A DNA stretch of 63,737 nt, the filler included, from Octopus bimaculoides (taxonomy: Eukaryota): NCBI RefSeq assembly GCF_001194135.2. It is 4 parts of 4 records of this genome, joined end to end, with 100 filler letters (N's around TTAATTAATTAA, not from the genome) between each part and the next. Parts side by side here need not be neighbours in the genome. Positions count along the whole stretch, not along the records: positions 21,668 to 47,897 come from NC_068999.1; 3 more parts are not named here. One strand, 5' to 3'. The position numbers were made by a program, and so were the translations under genes. Shown one piece after another: positions 24,081 to 36,551 of the stretch. Each line of letters begins with the position of its first letter. Position 1 is the stretch's first letter. The notes beneath the pieces are model-generated. The model saw nothing but the letters and a program-made list of their open reading frames with translations, was not told the DNA's origin and made no database searches.

Positions 24081-24813
24081 ATCTCTATTTTATTTTATCT
24101 TACGCATACATACATTCATACATACATGCATATATAAATATACATACATACATACATACATACATACATACATACATACATACATCCATACGTTCAGATA
24201 GGCAGGCAGACGTGCAAATACAAACATACATGTATACATAAGCGCGTACGTACATACATATGTGTTTATGTATATTTGTGTTTGTTGTTATGGAGAAAAT
24301 GAGTTTCCCTTTGTTGTTCATTAGATAAGCGAGCCATTGGTTTGTGTTTGGATTTCATGTGTCTTTATAAATATACATACGAATATGTGTATCTATGTGT
24401 ATGAGAGAAAGTAATGCACATTTATGTGTATGTATTTGTGTGTAAGTGTGTGTATGTCTATCTGTGTACTTTTCTGTCTTTGTATAGTATGACCTCAATC
24501 ATTACAATTTACTCTATACCTACGTGGATGTGTGTGTGTGTGAGTGCAAGCGTGTGCTTATGTATGTATGTATGTATGCATGTATGTGTTCGTATGAATG
24601 TTCGTACTTATTTGTAATTGCATATTTAAATGTAGCAAACTAATGCGTGCAGCCACCAGATTAATCGGCCGAAATCTAAATAAACAGGAGACAGTGGACA
24701 TTAAAATGATTAACATACAATAGAATCATAAATTCAATAAAATACGCATGATAAATGTATACACGTATGCATATCTGCTATGATGCGCTTGTATGTATGT
24801 GTGCGTTTGTGTG

Positions 24814-24876
<63 letters not shown>

Positions 24877-24888
24877 ATTCATATATAT

Positions 24889-25660
24889 AAACAGGGTGTG
24901 GTGAATAAACTGTTGTCTAAATAACGCAAAAATGAAAATAACCCTGACATCTCATTTTAACAGATATATTTACCAAAATTACATAAAAATAACTTGAAAT
25001 ACTAAAGAGTAAATTTATTCAATAAAATCGCCATTGGCTTTAACCACGACATCCAGACGATTTCGGAATCTCCTGGAACTCTTCTGGACGGTCTCCTTGT
25101 TTGAGTTGGTCAATGCTGCCATAATCCTCCCTTCATATAATCTTTGGTGTCACAAGGAGTCTCTCGCTCAACTGCGCCCTACACATAATAATCAAAGGGG
25201 TTGCAGTCTGGGGAGTTAGGTGGCCAGATGTTAGTCGTAGAAATTGTCTGACAGCCATGACTGAGTTCTCTTACTTGTGAGGCATGGTGCAGATTCCTGT
25301 TGCCAGACATAGGGTCTTCCAGCAGCCACCCTCTTGACCCAAGGCAGCACTATCTCCTCCTAGCACTTGATGTAAACCACCGTGTTAAGTCTGAGGCCGT
25401 GTGGGATTATGAACGGAGGCATAGCGTGGTCATTACTAGTGATCATTCCAAACACCATGATGTTGACTGGTTGTGTAATTTTTATCACTCTGGGTACATG
25501 TCCTCAGATTCCACTGTTCTCAGACTGACACCCAAACACACTGAAATGTTCGTATTGAAGCTTCCAGCACGGATGCCATACAGTACCAAATTTCTGGCAC
25601 AGTGAATTACGTTATGGTGTTGTTTTTCTCATAGATGGTGCCCAACTGACCCTACTATAC
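24889..25660 (-). mobile_element. Tc1/mariner transposon of the maT (DD37D)-like type, internally deleted
   Basis: Minus strand gives QPVNIMVFGMITSNDHAMPPFIIPHGLRLN..YVWQQESAPCLTSKRTQSWLSDNF..NSPDCNPFDYYV..VVKANGDFIE with stops; TIR-like acagggtgtggtgaataaa at the left end. Confidence 0.8.
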
Positions 25661-26814
25661 TGTGTAGCTGACAAAATTACAAACATTTTATTCCAATCTT
25701 GACCACAACAGTCCGACGAACGGGGACGTGAAACTCTGAGAAACAGTTTTTTTCTGTGATGTTTTGCTGCCTTAATTTTTAAAAAAAGCATACTACTCTA
25801 TCTTCAGTATTTGAGAACTATTTTTCCAATTTCTTTTGCATTCCTGTATTTACTNNNNNNNNNNNNNNNNNNNNNNNNNNNNNNNNNNNNNNNNNNNNNN
25901 NNNNNNNNNNNNNNNNNNNNNNNNNNNNNNNNNNNNNNNNATATATATATATATATACATGTATGTGTGTGTGCGTTTTAGGTATTTACATACATATATA
26001 TATACACATATATATATGTGTATTCTGTGCGTGTTTGTATATATGAGATCATCATATTTTTTTATGGTTTTCTTGGACAACATAGGTAAGGAGGTGAGTC
26101 TAGTGTGCTAACGTTCTGAGAAGAGAAGACGAAGTGTAATGGTTAATGAGATGACTGTCGATAAAAGGAACAGAGGCTAACAAGTCGGGTTTGCTTGAAG
26201 TAGGGATTACACGGGGGCCACTCGTTTCAAAAAGTAGACGCCAGTGTAATACAGCTGAAGAACAGTGTAGTACAAGTAGAAGAGGAACCAGAACGTTTGT
26301 TGTTTAGGAGATGGAGTGTGTTGGTGGGCGGCTTTATATTCCTTCGTTGAGTGACTGTTTCGGATGCAAATTTTTGTCTTACAATGCAGCAGCAACGCAT
26401 TTCATATCTCGGAGGTCTTTCACCGAATCAAAGGAAACCTACATGTAAACAGCTGCTACTATAGCTTATTGCTCCTGTTATCCCAGCCATCGCTAGCAGA
26501 AGCAGCAGCAGATGCTTATCGCTTAATTTACGGATTTCGCTGCAGCTCACCTTAAACCTGTTTACATTCCTAATCCTATTCCTATTTCCTGTTGACTCTG
26601 AAAGAAACCTCGCAGCAACGGTGAATAACAAACGGGTCAGCAATGGTATTTAATAGGTTTTAACAAAGTTATTATCATTAACATGCAATTATTTGTAAAT
26701 CTTGGAGAGCCACCATTACTTCCAAATGAAAATGAAGGAGTAAACAAGAGAATCACAGCACCGTCGAATAACCTGCAAGAAATAGCTGTGGAATCTGCCT
26801 AGAATCTCATAGGC

Positions 26815-27160
26815 ACCTTGGGTAGACGTCTTCTATTATAGCCTCGGGTTGACCAAAGCCTTGTGAGTGGATTTGGTAAACAGAAACTGAAAGAAGCCCG
26901 TCGTATATATATATGTATGTGTGTGTACGCGCGCGCGTGCCTGTGTGTGTGTGTGTGTGTGTGTGTGTAAGTCACTACAGCTTGACACCCGTTCTTGGTG
27001 TGTTTACGTCCATGTAACTTAGCGATTAGGCCTAAGAGACCGATAGAATAAGTATCAGGCTTTAAGTACTGCAGTCGATTGATTCGACTGAAAATTCTTC
27101 AAGGTAACGCCCCAGCATGGCCACAGTTTAATCACGGAAACCAGTAAAAAAATAAAAGAT
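26815..27160 (+). mobile_element. SINE family B
   Basis: accttgggtagacgtcttctattatagcctcggg..gaaactgaaagaagcccgtcg..(TG)n..cagcatggccacag. Confidence 0.85.
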
Positions 27161-27534
27161 AAATATCTTTTTTAAAAATGAATGACACAATTAATAATGT
27201 AGCATTAAATAAACATCCTGTGTCTGCAAGAAAGGCAGAACGGTTATGGTTAGTACACCATGGTACACAATAGGTTTGTTTATTCGGAGTTGGTCTGGAT
27301 TTTAACTACAAGCTAGAGTAAAAATGTGAAGTGAACACTGTTGCTGATATCACTATGGTTCAATTGGTATGATTTGAAATTACTGGTTGATATGTTGTAA
27401 GAAATGTCGAATGAAAGAACGGGATTAGATCATTGGAAGACTGAACGGATTTAAGAATAAAAGATTGAAGAGAATTGTGTTTTTTTTTTTATAGAATTAG
27501 AATAACAAAGAAAAGATACATAAATGGAGAGTGA

Positions 27535-27547
27535 TAGATAGATAGAT

Positions 27548-27639
<92 letters not shown>

Positions 27640-27655
27640 TGACTGATTGATTGAT
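27535..27655. repeat. (GATA)n microsatellite
   Basis: Direct reading. Confidence 0.95.
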
Positions 27656-28749
27656 TAAGCGAAAAAATGAACTGTAGGAACTGTATTAAATATTTTAAAG
27701 AATAAGCAAAGACGTAGGAAGAATAATGGCAAGTCGGGAAAATTCTTGAAAATAATCAGAAGCGTAACTTTGAAAGAATAAAACAAAACAAAATATTTTA
27801 ATATACTATAGGGTGAATGCGACGGAAATGGCACAGGGGGATGAGAGAGAGAGAGAGAGAAAAAAAGACATGATGAGTTTAGTTTTGTATTTGACCATAA
27901 GGAGAGAAGAAAATCGATAGAATTCTGTCAAACGAGACATCTGTCATTGTGATCTCTGTATCTATGCTTCAGGATGTTGTTTGTTTTGGGCACCTATAAC
28001 TGACAGCCAATAAACATTGCTTAATACATTGCAAACATTTTTAATGAAGAACTGCGAAGTTATACAAGGAGTTGATATTGTCTAATATTCTAACAAGGGA
28101 ATGGAATTGCCACTGTCATCATTGTTGAAGACGATGCTAATGATGTTCTTGTTATTATTTAACCTCAGCTTAATTCTTGACTAAGCAACCTTCTGACTAA
28201 AGGCATTCCAGTTCGATTTTGTAAGGCCTCTCAAGGACCAGATAATATAATGCATTGTTTCCTTATTTAAAAAAAAAATAAAGTGTGATTTGAGGGAGAT
28301 TTTGTAGCTATTTTAGGAGGAAGAGCGACTTTGTACATTCTATCTCGTTGGCTGTTATAGTTGCTTTGAAGATGTTGTTGTTGTGGTTGTTGTTGATAAT
28401 GACGATGATGATGATACTGTTGTTACTGTTCTCCTTTTGAATAGTATTTACCATTGTACTTATTTATATTTAAACTTCGTCTTTCTTCCAAAAGGATATA
28501 TATATATATGTATATATNNNNNNNNNNGGACTATACTTTACTATATCCCCTATCTTCTATTCCTGTATCTCTCACACCATGAACTTTAACATATTTCTCA
28601 ATATTCTGAAGAAATCTGCCAATCAAATTGGCAGATCGAAACGATCGTCAATGTATCGTTACATAATCTCCACATAATTAATTAAATCAATGGGTAACTA
28701 GCGCAATTGACCTGCGTCTTCCTGTGTTTGTTTCTCCATTCCCCATTTG

Positions 28750-28784
<35 letters not shown>

Positions 28785-31229
28785 ATATAAGGGTATGCAT
28801 GCGCATATATTTGCATTCACTTGCCCGTATGCATATATGCAAGTGTATATGTGTAGGCGCATTCCTTGGCATGTAATTTACTACATATGCATGGATATAT
28901 GATTGTGTGTCTATATGTGTGCGTGAGAGAGAGAGAGGGGCAATATGTGTATGTACACATATACGCATGTTTATATGTGTGTGTGTGTGTGTGTGTTTGT
29001 TCGTATGTATTTGTATAAATATAGAACGTGTACACATATACGTGCACTACTGTGTATAAGTGTATGTGTCTTTTAATGTAGTGTGTCAGTGTATTTGACG
29101 TATAAAATTAAACACAACATACAATCAATATATATGACATGCAGCGTGTAGCTGAATATATATATATATATATATATATATACTTTTTTGTGTGGTTAAC
29201 GCTTAATCAGTTGAAGTAGAAGGAAAGAAAAAAGAAATTGAATGAGTGGGAGATGAAACATGACATATACACAAATAGTAATATGCTACTAAAGCCTACA
29301 TACATACATATGTAATTATATCACGTGATTATGACGTAACAATAGAATTGGAAGCTTTTTCGACTTCACTTTTTGTGTCTTCGATATTCACACTGCAAAG
29401 AGAATGTGTTGAACCAAACAAACACACCAACTCATGCATATACATAAATGCACACACAGACACATATGCACAAAAACTCATAAACACATTCATATACACA
29501 TTCATACATACTCACACATATTTGCACCTAAGCACACACACAAACCTCTAAGAAATGGTAAGTACAATTTTCTTATTTTCCTGTTATTTTGGCATTTTTA
29601 TTCAGAGACTCGTATTTTTATTAGCAACTTTCTTCATGTACATTTTTCAACAATAGGTCGTCATTATTGATGGCTAGGGTGCTATACTACATAACTGAAA
29701 ACAATAGAGGATAAAAGAAAATAGTTAATAGGTCAAAAATTATCTAATGATTGAAGAATGATATTCAGTTAAATGACAATGCCATGAAATATAAATTAAT
29801 GAATATATAATTCTCTGGATTACGAGGTGTATGCCAGTGAAGAAAAGTAACAAAAATCATTGGAAAGCGATCTAGGTAAAAGTTTTTTTAACTTTACGTC
29901 CTGCAGACCCTGTGCATGCAAAATTAACAGCATTCAGAATATATCTTCATTAGACGAACAATGGCAAATGCGATTTCCATGGTTTCTATGGCGCAGAGGT
30001 TGTATTGTGTATATTTCTAGGCTCTCTGTGGTACAGAGATTGCAGTGTGTTTGTATTGATTTGTCATGTTACATTCAATTTGCTACACATGTTTCGAACA
30101 TCCCAAACCACAACATCGACATTTACATCTTTATTATCATCTACAGAACTATAAAGACCTACCACCACCTTATTACAACCACCTTCATTCCTCGTCTTAT
30201 TTTATTATTACCGTTATTATCATAACACCTCCACCACCGTCACAATCAACCCCATCATCGTTTTCTTCTTCTTTATAATCCATCCTTCTCTTTAATTTTT
30301 ATTACCTCCATTAGCGCCACCATAATCATAAACATCATCAACAAGCATCACCATCAACATCACCACCAATAACAATACCGCTATCATCGCCATCATCATG
30401 AACAGCAACAACGCATCCCCTTCTACTCACATTCCCGCCCAACTCTCCATTCTCCCTTATTTTATTACGTCCGCCATCATAATTATTATCACGAACATCA
30501 GCGCCATCACCATCATCTCAATTAATACTATCATCTTCATTATTATCATCAGCTTCATTATTCCACTTATTTTAAATACCCATATTTCTACATATAAATT
30601 TCTATTTTTCTATTGCTGTTCTATCTGCTGCAGCAGCATCACCAAAAGCAATAACATTATTATTTCGTCTGCCAATAGCTGCATTAGGGCCACCACATTT
30701 CTTGAGGGTTCAATCTCTGATGTATTGTCGAGTGAAACAAAATCTTTTTTGATGGGTGCAATGCTTTAATANNNNNNNNNNNNNNNNNNNNNNNNNNNNN
30801 NNNNNNNNNNNNNNNNNNNNNNNNNNNNNNNNNNNNNNNNNNNNNNNNNNNNNNNNNNNNNNNNNNNNNNNNNNNNNNNNNNNNNNNNNNNNNNNNNNNN
30901 NNNNNNNNNNNNNNNNNNNNNNNNNNNNNNNNNNNNNNNNNNNNNNNNNNNNNNNNNNNNNNNNNNNNNNNNNNNNNNNNNNNNNNNNNNNNNNNNNNNN
31001 NNNNNNNNNNNNNNNNNNNNNNNNNNNNNNNNNNNNNNNNNNNNNNNNNNNNNNNNNNNNNNNNNNNNNNNNNNNNNNNNNNNNNNNNNNNNNNNNNNNN
31101 NNNNNNNNNNNNNNNNNNNNNNNNNNNNNNNNNNNNNNNNNNNNNNNNNNNNNNNNNNNNNNNNNNNNNNNNNNNNNNNNNNNNNNNNNNNNNNNNNNNN
31201 NNNNNNNTATATATACACTCACACACAAA

Positions 31230-31900
31230 CACACATCAGAGGTGACTCCAGGTCATCACCATCACTCGGGCTCATCACAGATTTCGCCTGCTCGAAGAAT
31301 TTCTAAGTTAAGGGTAAAAATAAAGCAACCCCGCAAAACACAACTGACATTTACACACAGACGCACAAAATAACAGCAATCAAATAACGACAGCGGAGTG
31401 CACGACAAACAGCAGTGATCTGACTGTCGTCTGTACTCTTGACAAGAGATGCCAGTTAGTCGTTTACACCTACCAGGCTCGTTCGTATTAGCCCGAGTTA
31501 CTGGGTATTTTTCTTTCCTTTAAGAATATTGCTGAACGGAAGCTTTTCATAGATTGGAATTTAAATCCTAATCTCTAAAGAAATTTATTGTTTCAACAAA
31601 ACGTTGGACTTGAATTACTTATTATTGATAACAACTCGGGTTGTAACTTCTGAGCTCGAGTCAGGCGTGTCTCAGCGATATCAAGAGAACGTCTGCTACG
31701 AATGATATTTTTTTACCCGATCGCCAGACGCTGAACGATCGGGAATGTACTGCGACCAGGCTCAATGAAAGGAGCCCGAGTTATTGGTTGAAGTCAGTCT
31801 TGGCAGAAATTAAATCAGCTTGGAAATGCACGTTCACTTTATTTAATTTATACTCGCACTGAGCCCGAAGAGCCACAGGGCCTGAGTCTCCACTGATGCT
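31230..31900. promoter_or_regulatory. Unique CpG-rich segment with repeated AGCCCGAGT motifs; putative regulatory element
   Basis: Motif at 31264 (minus), 31490 and 31773; variants at 31633, 31655 and 31861. Confidence 0.35.
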
Positions 31901-32336
31901 CATATATATGCATATATATATATATATATCATGTATCCAAGCCGTGTCCTCTTGAAACAAACCAGCTTATTGGAGCATTACAACCCAGTGTACATACGAG
32001 GGTTGAAAGTGCTAGAAATATTGCTTGCAGAGTTATCACATAACAAAATAGGAAGATGGAAAATTCTTTTGTATTAATTATTCACCATTACACATGTTTC
32101 ATTTGCTAGTAGGAATTACAAAGTTTTACGTATTAGATAGCTATGTAAGAAATACCCAATTAGAAATTCTTCAGAGACAGAATTAAATAATACAAATTTC
32201 TGGATGAATCGTTTATATTTGGTTAGTTATCAGGAGTAGTAAAGATGGTTGAGGCGGGGGAAGAGAGTGAAAATCAAACAGTAAAAAAAAGGGAGTTATA
32301 TACATATACACACATACATATATATACATATATTTG

Positions 32337-32370
<34 letters not shown>

Positions 32371-32490
32371 CGTTTATGTGTGTATATATGTATATATACA
32401 TATATGCATACATGCATATACATATATATTCATACACACACACCTACACATACATAGGCATACATATACATATATATATAAACACACACT

Positions 32491-32558
<68 letters not shown>

Positions 32559-32740
32559 NNNNNNNNNNGATAGAGACACACACACGGTTGTATCTACATA
32601 CACCCATGCTCCCACGCATACACGCTCGTACAATCTTACACACACATACACACACTCATACATATACACACACTTACAAATACAGACATTCACGTATACA
32701 TACACTTACATATAAACACCTAATTACACACACATGCAGT

Positions 32741-32782
<42 letters not shown>

Positions 32783-33074
32783 CCTAGGTCAACAAGCATA
32801 CACGTTTACATACATTATCACACACGCTAATACAGAAAAAATGTTAGAAATAGTTAACAAGCCTCGGTGACACACAGACAAAGGCGAAAAATACAAATGT
32901 ATATATAAAAAAAATGTATAAAAAATAAAACAATAAGACAACTTTATTGAGGCGGGGAAAACGAAAGTAGATATATAATTGTATCGAGTCAGACAATTTT
33001 CACAAAAAAAAAAGAAAAAAAAAACAACTGAATTTATACGACTGTTTGGGTGAACACTCATACATATATACACA

Positions 33075-33465
33075 CATATACACCTACAGAAGGCTGAAGC
33101 CGAAACGTAGTGAGATTAATAATGAAGATGAGGACACTGCTCCGACTAATGTAGACAGTGTTCATAATATAAAATCAGGAATATAAAATGGTATTATCCA
33201 ATCAGTACGGACCCGATATAAGACATCAATAGGGGTTTAGGTGCCTTAAAATTTCATTCGGTCACTGCCTACGGGCATAACGTAGTGTATAGTGGTGTTG
33301 GCTAATGCAGTGCAGCCACCTAGAGATTCTGAATTCACTCCTGAGCAAGGCACTAAATTGCATCATCAGAGACATGAAAAAGACTGGAGCATACACAGCC
33401 GAAACATGGTAAAAACAACAATAAAGATGAGGACACCACCCGACTAATATAAACAGTGTGTTATT
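33075..33465 (+). mobile_element. Two Penelope-like terminal relics of the same family as 3545-3715
   Basis: cac-ctacaga-aggctgaagcc-gaaac-gta-gtg and ..cagccgaaacat.., each followed by aagatgaggacac..ccgactaat. Confidence 0.55.
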
Positions 33466-33468
33466 GTT

Positions 33469-33780
33469 ATGTTTATAGATGTCGAGTTAACGGTTCCTCG
33501 TGAAGATAATATGGATGCTGCGCGGGCTCGAAAGATTGACCGTTATGTAAACCTCCTCAAGAAATGTGAAGACGCAGGCTGGAAAGCGGAGCATTTTCCA
33601 AACGAAGTTGGATGTAGAGGGTTTGTAGGACATAGTGTGAGACGACTGCTGTTATTGTTAGGCCTAACTCATCGTAAGGTAAATACCACCATGAGTGATA
33701 TCCAAACTACAGTGGAGAAGGCTAGTACTGGATTTGGTTAAAAACAGACGATGAGCGATGTGCAAGTTGTTTGCAAGTTG
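33469..33780 (+). mobile_element. HERO/NeSL-like non-LTR retrotransposon 3' fragment (restriction-like endonuclease)
   Basis: VELTVPREDNMDAARARKIDRYVNLLKKCEDAGWKAEHFPNEVGCRGFVG..VEKAS, then WIWLK after a 1-nt frameshift. Confidence 0.85.
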
Positions 33781-33954
33781 TTTGCAAGACATCTGCGTAG
33801 TTATATGGACATAGTTATTTGTAACTTAATGCAATAAAGTGTTTCCCTGATGATCCGTTGCATATCTATTGCAGGGTTCCAAACAACCATAATGGGGAAA
33901 CTTGCGCAGGAATCATAATATACACATCTGTTTATCCTTATTTCTCCTATATAG

Positions 33955-34100
33955 CCACGGGCGTGACTATGTGGTAAGAAGCTTGCCTCCCGAGCATATA
34001 GTTCCGGTGTCAGTTCCACTGCGAGGCACTTTAGGTAAATGTCTTCTACTATAGCCTCGTGAGTGGATTTGGTGGACGGAAACTGAAAGAAGCTCGTTGT
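33955..34100 (+). mobile_element. SINE B 5' half
   Basis: gggcgtgactatgtggtaagaagc..gtggatttggtggacggaaactgaaagaagc. Confidence 0.8.
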
Positions 34101-34183
34101 ATCGATGTGTGTGTGTGTGTGTCTATATGTGTATGCTCTCGTTCTGNNNNNNNNNNNNNNNNNNNNNNNNNNNNNNNNNNNNN

Positions 34184-34234
<51 letters not shown>

Positions 34235-34248
34235 GTATATATACATAT

Positions 34249-34765
34249 ATATGTGGTATGATCAATAAGTATCCGGATTGTTGCCATAGTAACGAAGCTA
34301 AAGAACGCAGATAAAAGCCGCTTCGTACAGATTGACCTTAAACTCTGCTATGTATGCACACTATGTTTTAACGTTCTAGCTCATTTTTGCTGTTTACAGC
34401 TGTGCTTCGAAGAAAGGTGTGTAGCGTGTGATCGTCGCATTGAGCATGACAGAGAAAGTTGAGCAGAGAATCTGCATCAATTTTTACCAAAAGCTTACCG
34501 ATGCCTACTCAGACCGCCTAGACAAAGTTTTCAAAAAATATTTCATCATTCTCGACACAATCAAGGAGATCTTGTGCAACTGATACCCGAGAGCCTTTTT
34601 GGTCAGCTGAAAGCATTTTTGACACAAATTTGGCAGACATGCGTCTCATACCCAAATCTTCAGTGATAATGGACTGAACTGAAACGTAACTAATCTGCAC
34701 ATGCTCTGATAACTCGCAGATGGGGATTTGAAGATTACCCCTCACAGCTGCACTCACATATGCGA
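34249..34765. mobile_element. mariner relic: 5' end on plus, internal transposase segment inverted
   Basis: ATG 34446 MTEKVEQRICINFYQKL on plus; 34518-34757 on minus LSEHVQISYVSVQSIITEDLGMRRMSAKFVSKMLSADQK..AQDLLDCVENDEIF. Confidence 0.85.
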
Positions 34766-34770
34766 TGTTA

Positions 34771-34891
34771 CTAGGGGTGGATGTTACTGTTGATAACTTC
34801 CCTTGGCAAACAGGACACAGTAGTGTGTCGATAAGCCAGCTGGAGGAGATGTCCTCCTGGGGCTAAAAGCAACAGTAACATCCACCCCTAG
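34771..34891. mobile_element. 121-bp mini-MITE with a perfect 22-bp inverted repeat
   Basis: ctaggggtggatgttactgttg ... caacagtaacatccacccctag; probable TA TSD. Confidence 0.75.
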
Positions 34892-35829
34892 GGGTCAGCC
34901 ACACTTAAGTGGCAATATACTACACTTTATATATATACATATANNNNNNNNNNNNNNNNNNNNNNNNNNNNNNNNNNNNNNNNNNNNNNNNNNNNNNNNN
35001 NNNNNNNNNNNNNNNNNNNNNNNNNNNNNNNNNNNNNNNNNNNNNNNNNNNNNNNNNNNNNNNNNNNNNNNNNNNNNNNNNNNNNNNNNNNNNNNNNNNN
35101 NNNNNNNNNNNNNNNNNNNNNNNNNNNNNNNNNNNNNNNNNNNNNNNNNNNNNNNNNNNNNNNNNNNNNNNNNNNNNNNNNNNNNNNNNNNNNNNNNNNN
35201 NNNNNNNNNNNNNNNNNNNNNNNNNNNNNNNNNNNNNNNNNNNNNNNNNNNNNNNNNNNNNNNNNNNNNNNNNNNNNNNNNNNNNNNNNNNNNNNNNNNN
35301 NNNNNNNNNNNNNNNNNNNNNNNNNNNNNNNNNNNNNNNNNNNNNNNNNNNNNNNNNNNNNNNNNNNNNNNNNNNNNNNNNNNNNNNNNNNNNNNNNNNN
35401 NNNNNNNNNNNNNNNNNNNNNNNNNNNNNNNNNNNNNNNNNNNNNNNNNNNNNNNNNNNNNNNNNNNNNNNNNNNNNNNNNNNNNNNNNNNNNNNNNNNN
35501 NNNNNNNNNNNNNNNNNNNNNNNNNNNNNNNNNNNNNNNNNNNNNNNNNNNNNNNNNNNNNNNNNNNNNNNNNNNNNNNNNNNNNNNNNNNNNNNNNNNN
35601 NNNNNNNNNNNNNNNNNNNNNNNNNNNNNNNNNNNNNNNNNNNNNNNNNNNNNNNNNNNNNNNNNNNNNNNNNNNNNNNNNNNNNNNNNNNNNNNNNNNN
35701 NNNNNNNNNNNNNNNNNNNNNNNNNNNNNNNNNNNNNNNNNNNNNNNNNNNNNNNNNNNNNNNTATATATATATATATATATTAATACACAAACGATGCA
35801 TATAAATATATATATATTCTTATATATAT

Positions 35830-35865
<36 letters not shown>

Positions 35866-36269
35866 ATATATGTATATTCGTGAATGAGAGTGTGGCATTT
35901 AGCTTTCTCGGTTGCCTTGGTAACTGCGAATTGATATTAACATACATACATTATCATAGTGCATTATCTTGCATAACTTTGCTGTTTATCTGCATTTTCA
36001 ATGAACCTAACTGCAACGTTCACATACATTTTGCATATTTTCTTCAGTCTTTCTTTCTTTGTCTTTTCTTCCAACTTGAAAATGTGTTATCTTTTGTTTT
36101 CGTTCTCCGCTTAGTTTTCATTGTATGATAAAAATAACAAGAAGAACAATAACGGCACGAAAATACAGTGGAGTGTCAAAAATAATATGACAGATGACTA
36201 GAATGTGTGAAACTTGTGACATTTTAACATTACTTTTTTTGTGTCTGTAGTTTAGCTTTGCGTTTTACT

Positions 36270-36420
36270 TGTTACAATCACTGGACAGCGGCCAAGCTGG
36301 AGTGACACCTTGAAAAGTTTCGTCGAACAAATCGGTGCTAGTAAATTTTTTTCTTTCGTTTTGAAATCTGCCACTTATTCTATCGGTATCTTTTTGCAAA
36401 ACCGCTAAGTTGCCTGCACG
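36270..36420 (-). mobile_element. SINE B 3' half
   Basis: ttttacttgttacaatcactggacagcggccaagctggag..ttattctatcggtatcttttgcaaaaccgctaag. Confidence 0.7.
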
Positions 36421-36551
36421 TACACGAATCACCAGTTGTAAAGCGATGGGGATATAAATCCAAAGATACACACACACACACACACGCTTACACACACACA
36501 CACACACACACATACATGTATGTATGTATAAACGTACGTATCTATATATGT

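Noticed and set aside
25034-25605. Plus-strand ORFs of 61 and 101 aa
   Set aside because: Antisense to the decayed maT-like transposase.
25712-25745. Hammerhead-like ccgacga-acggggacgt-gaaac (similar weak cases near 37170 and 59965)
   Set aside because: Core bases are mutated and stem I is unconvincing; too degenerate to call.
29860-30225. 121-aa ORF with an internal acceptor near 29905
   Set aside because: No recognisable domain; runs into CAT/CAC repeats; splice phases not coherent with other candidates.
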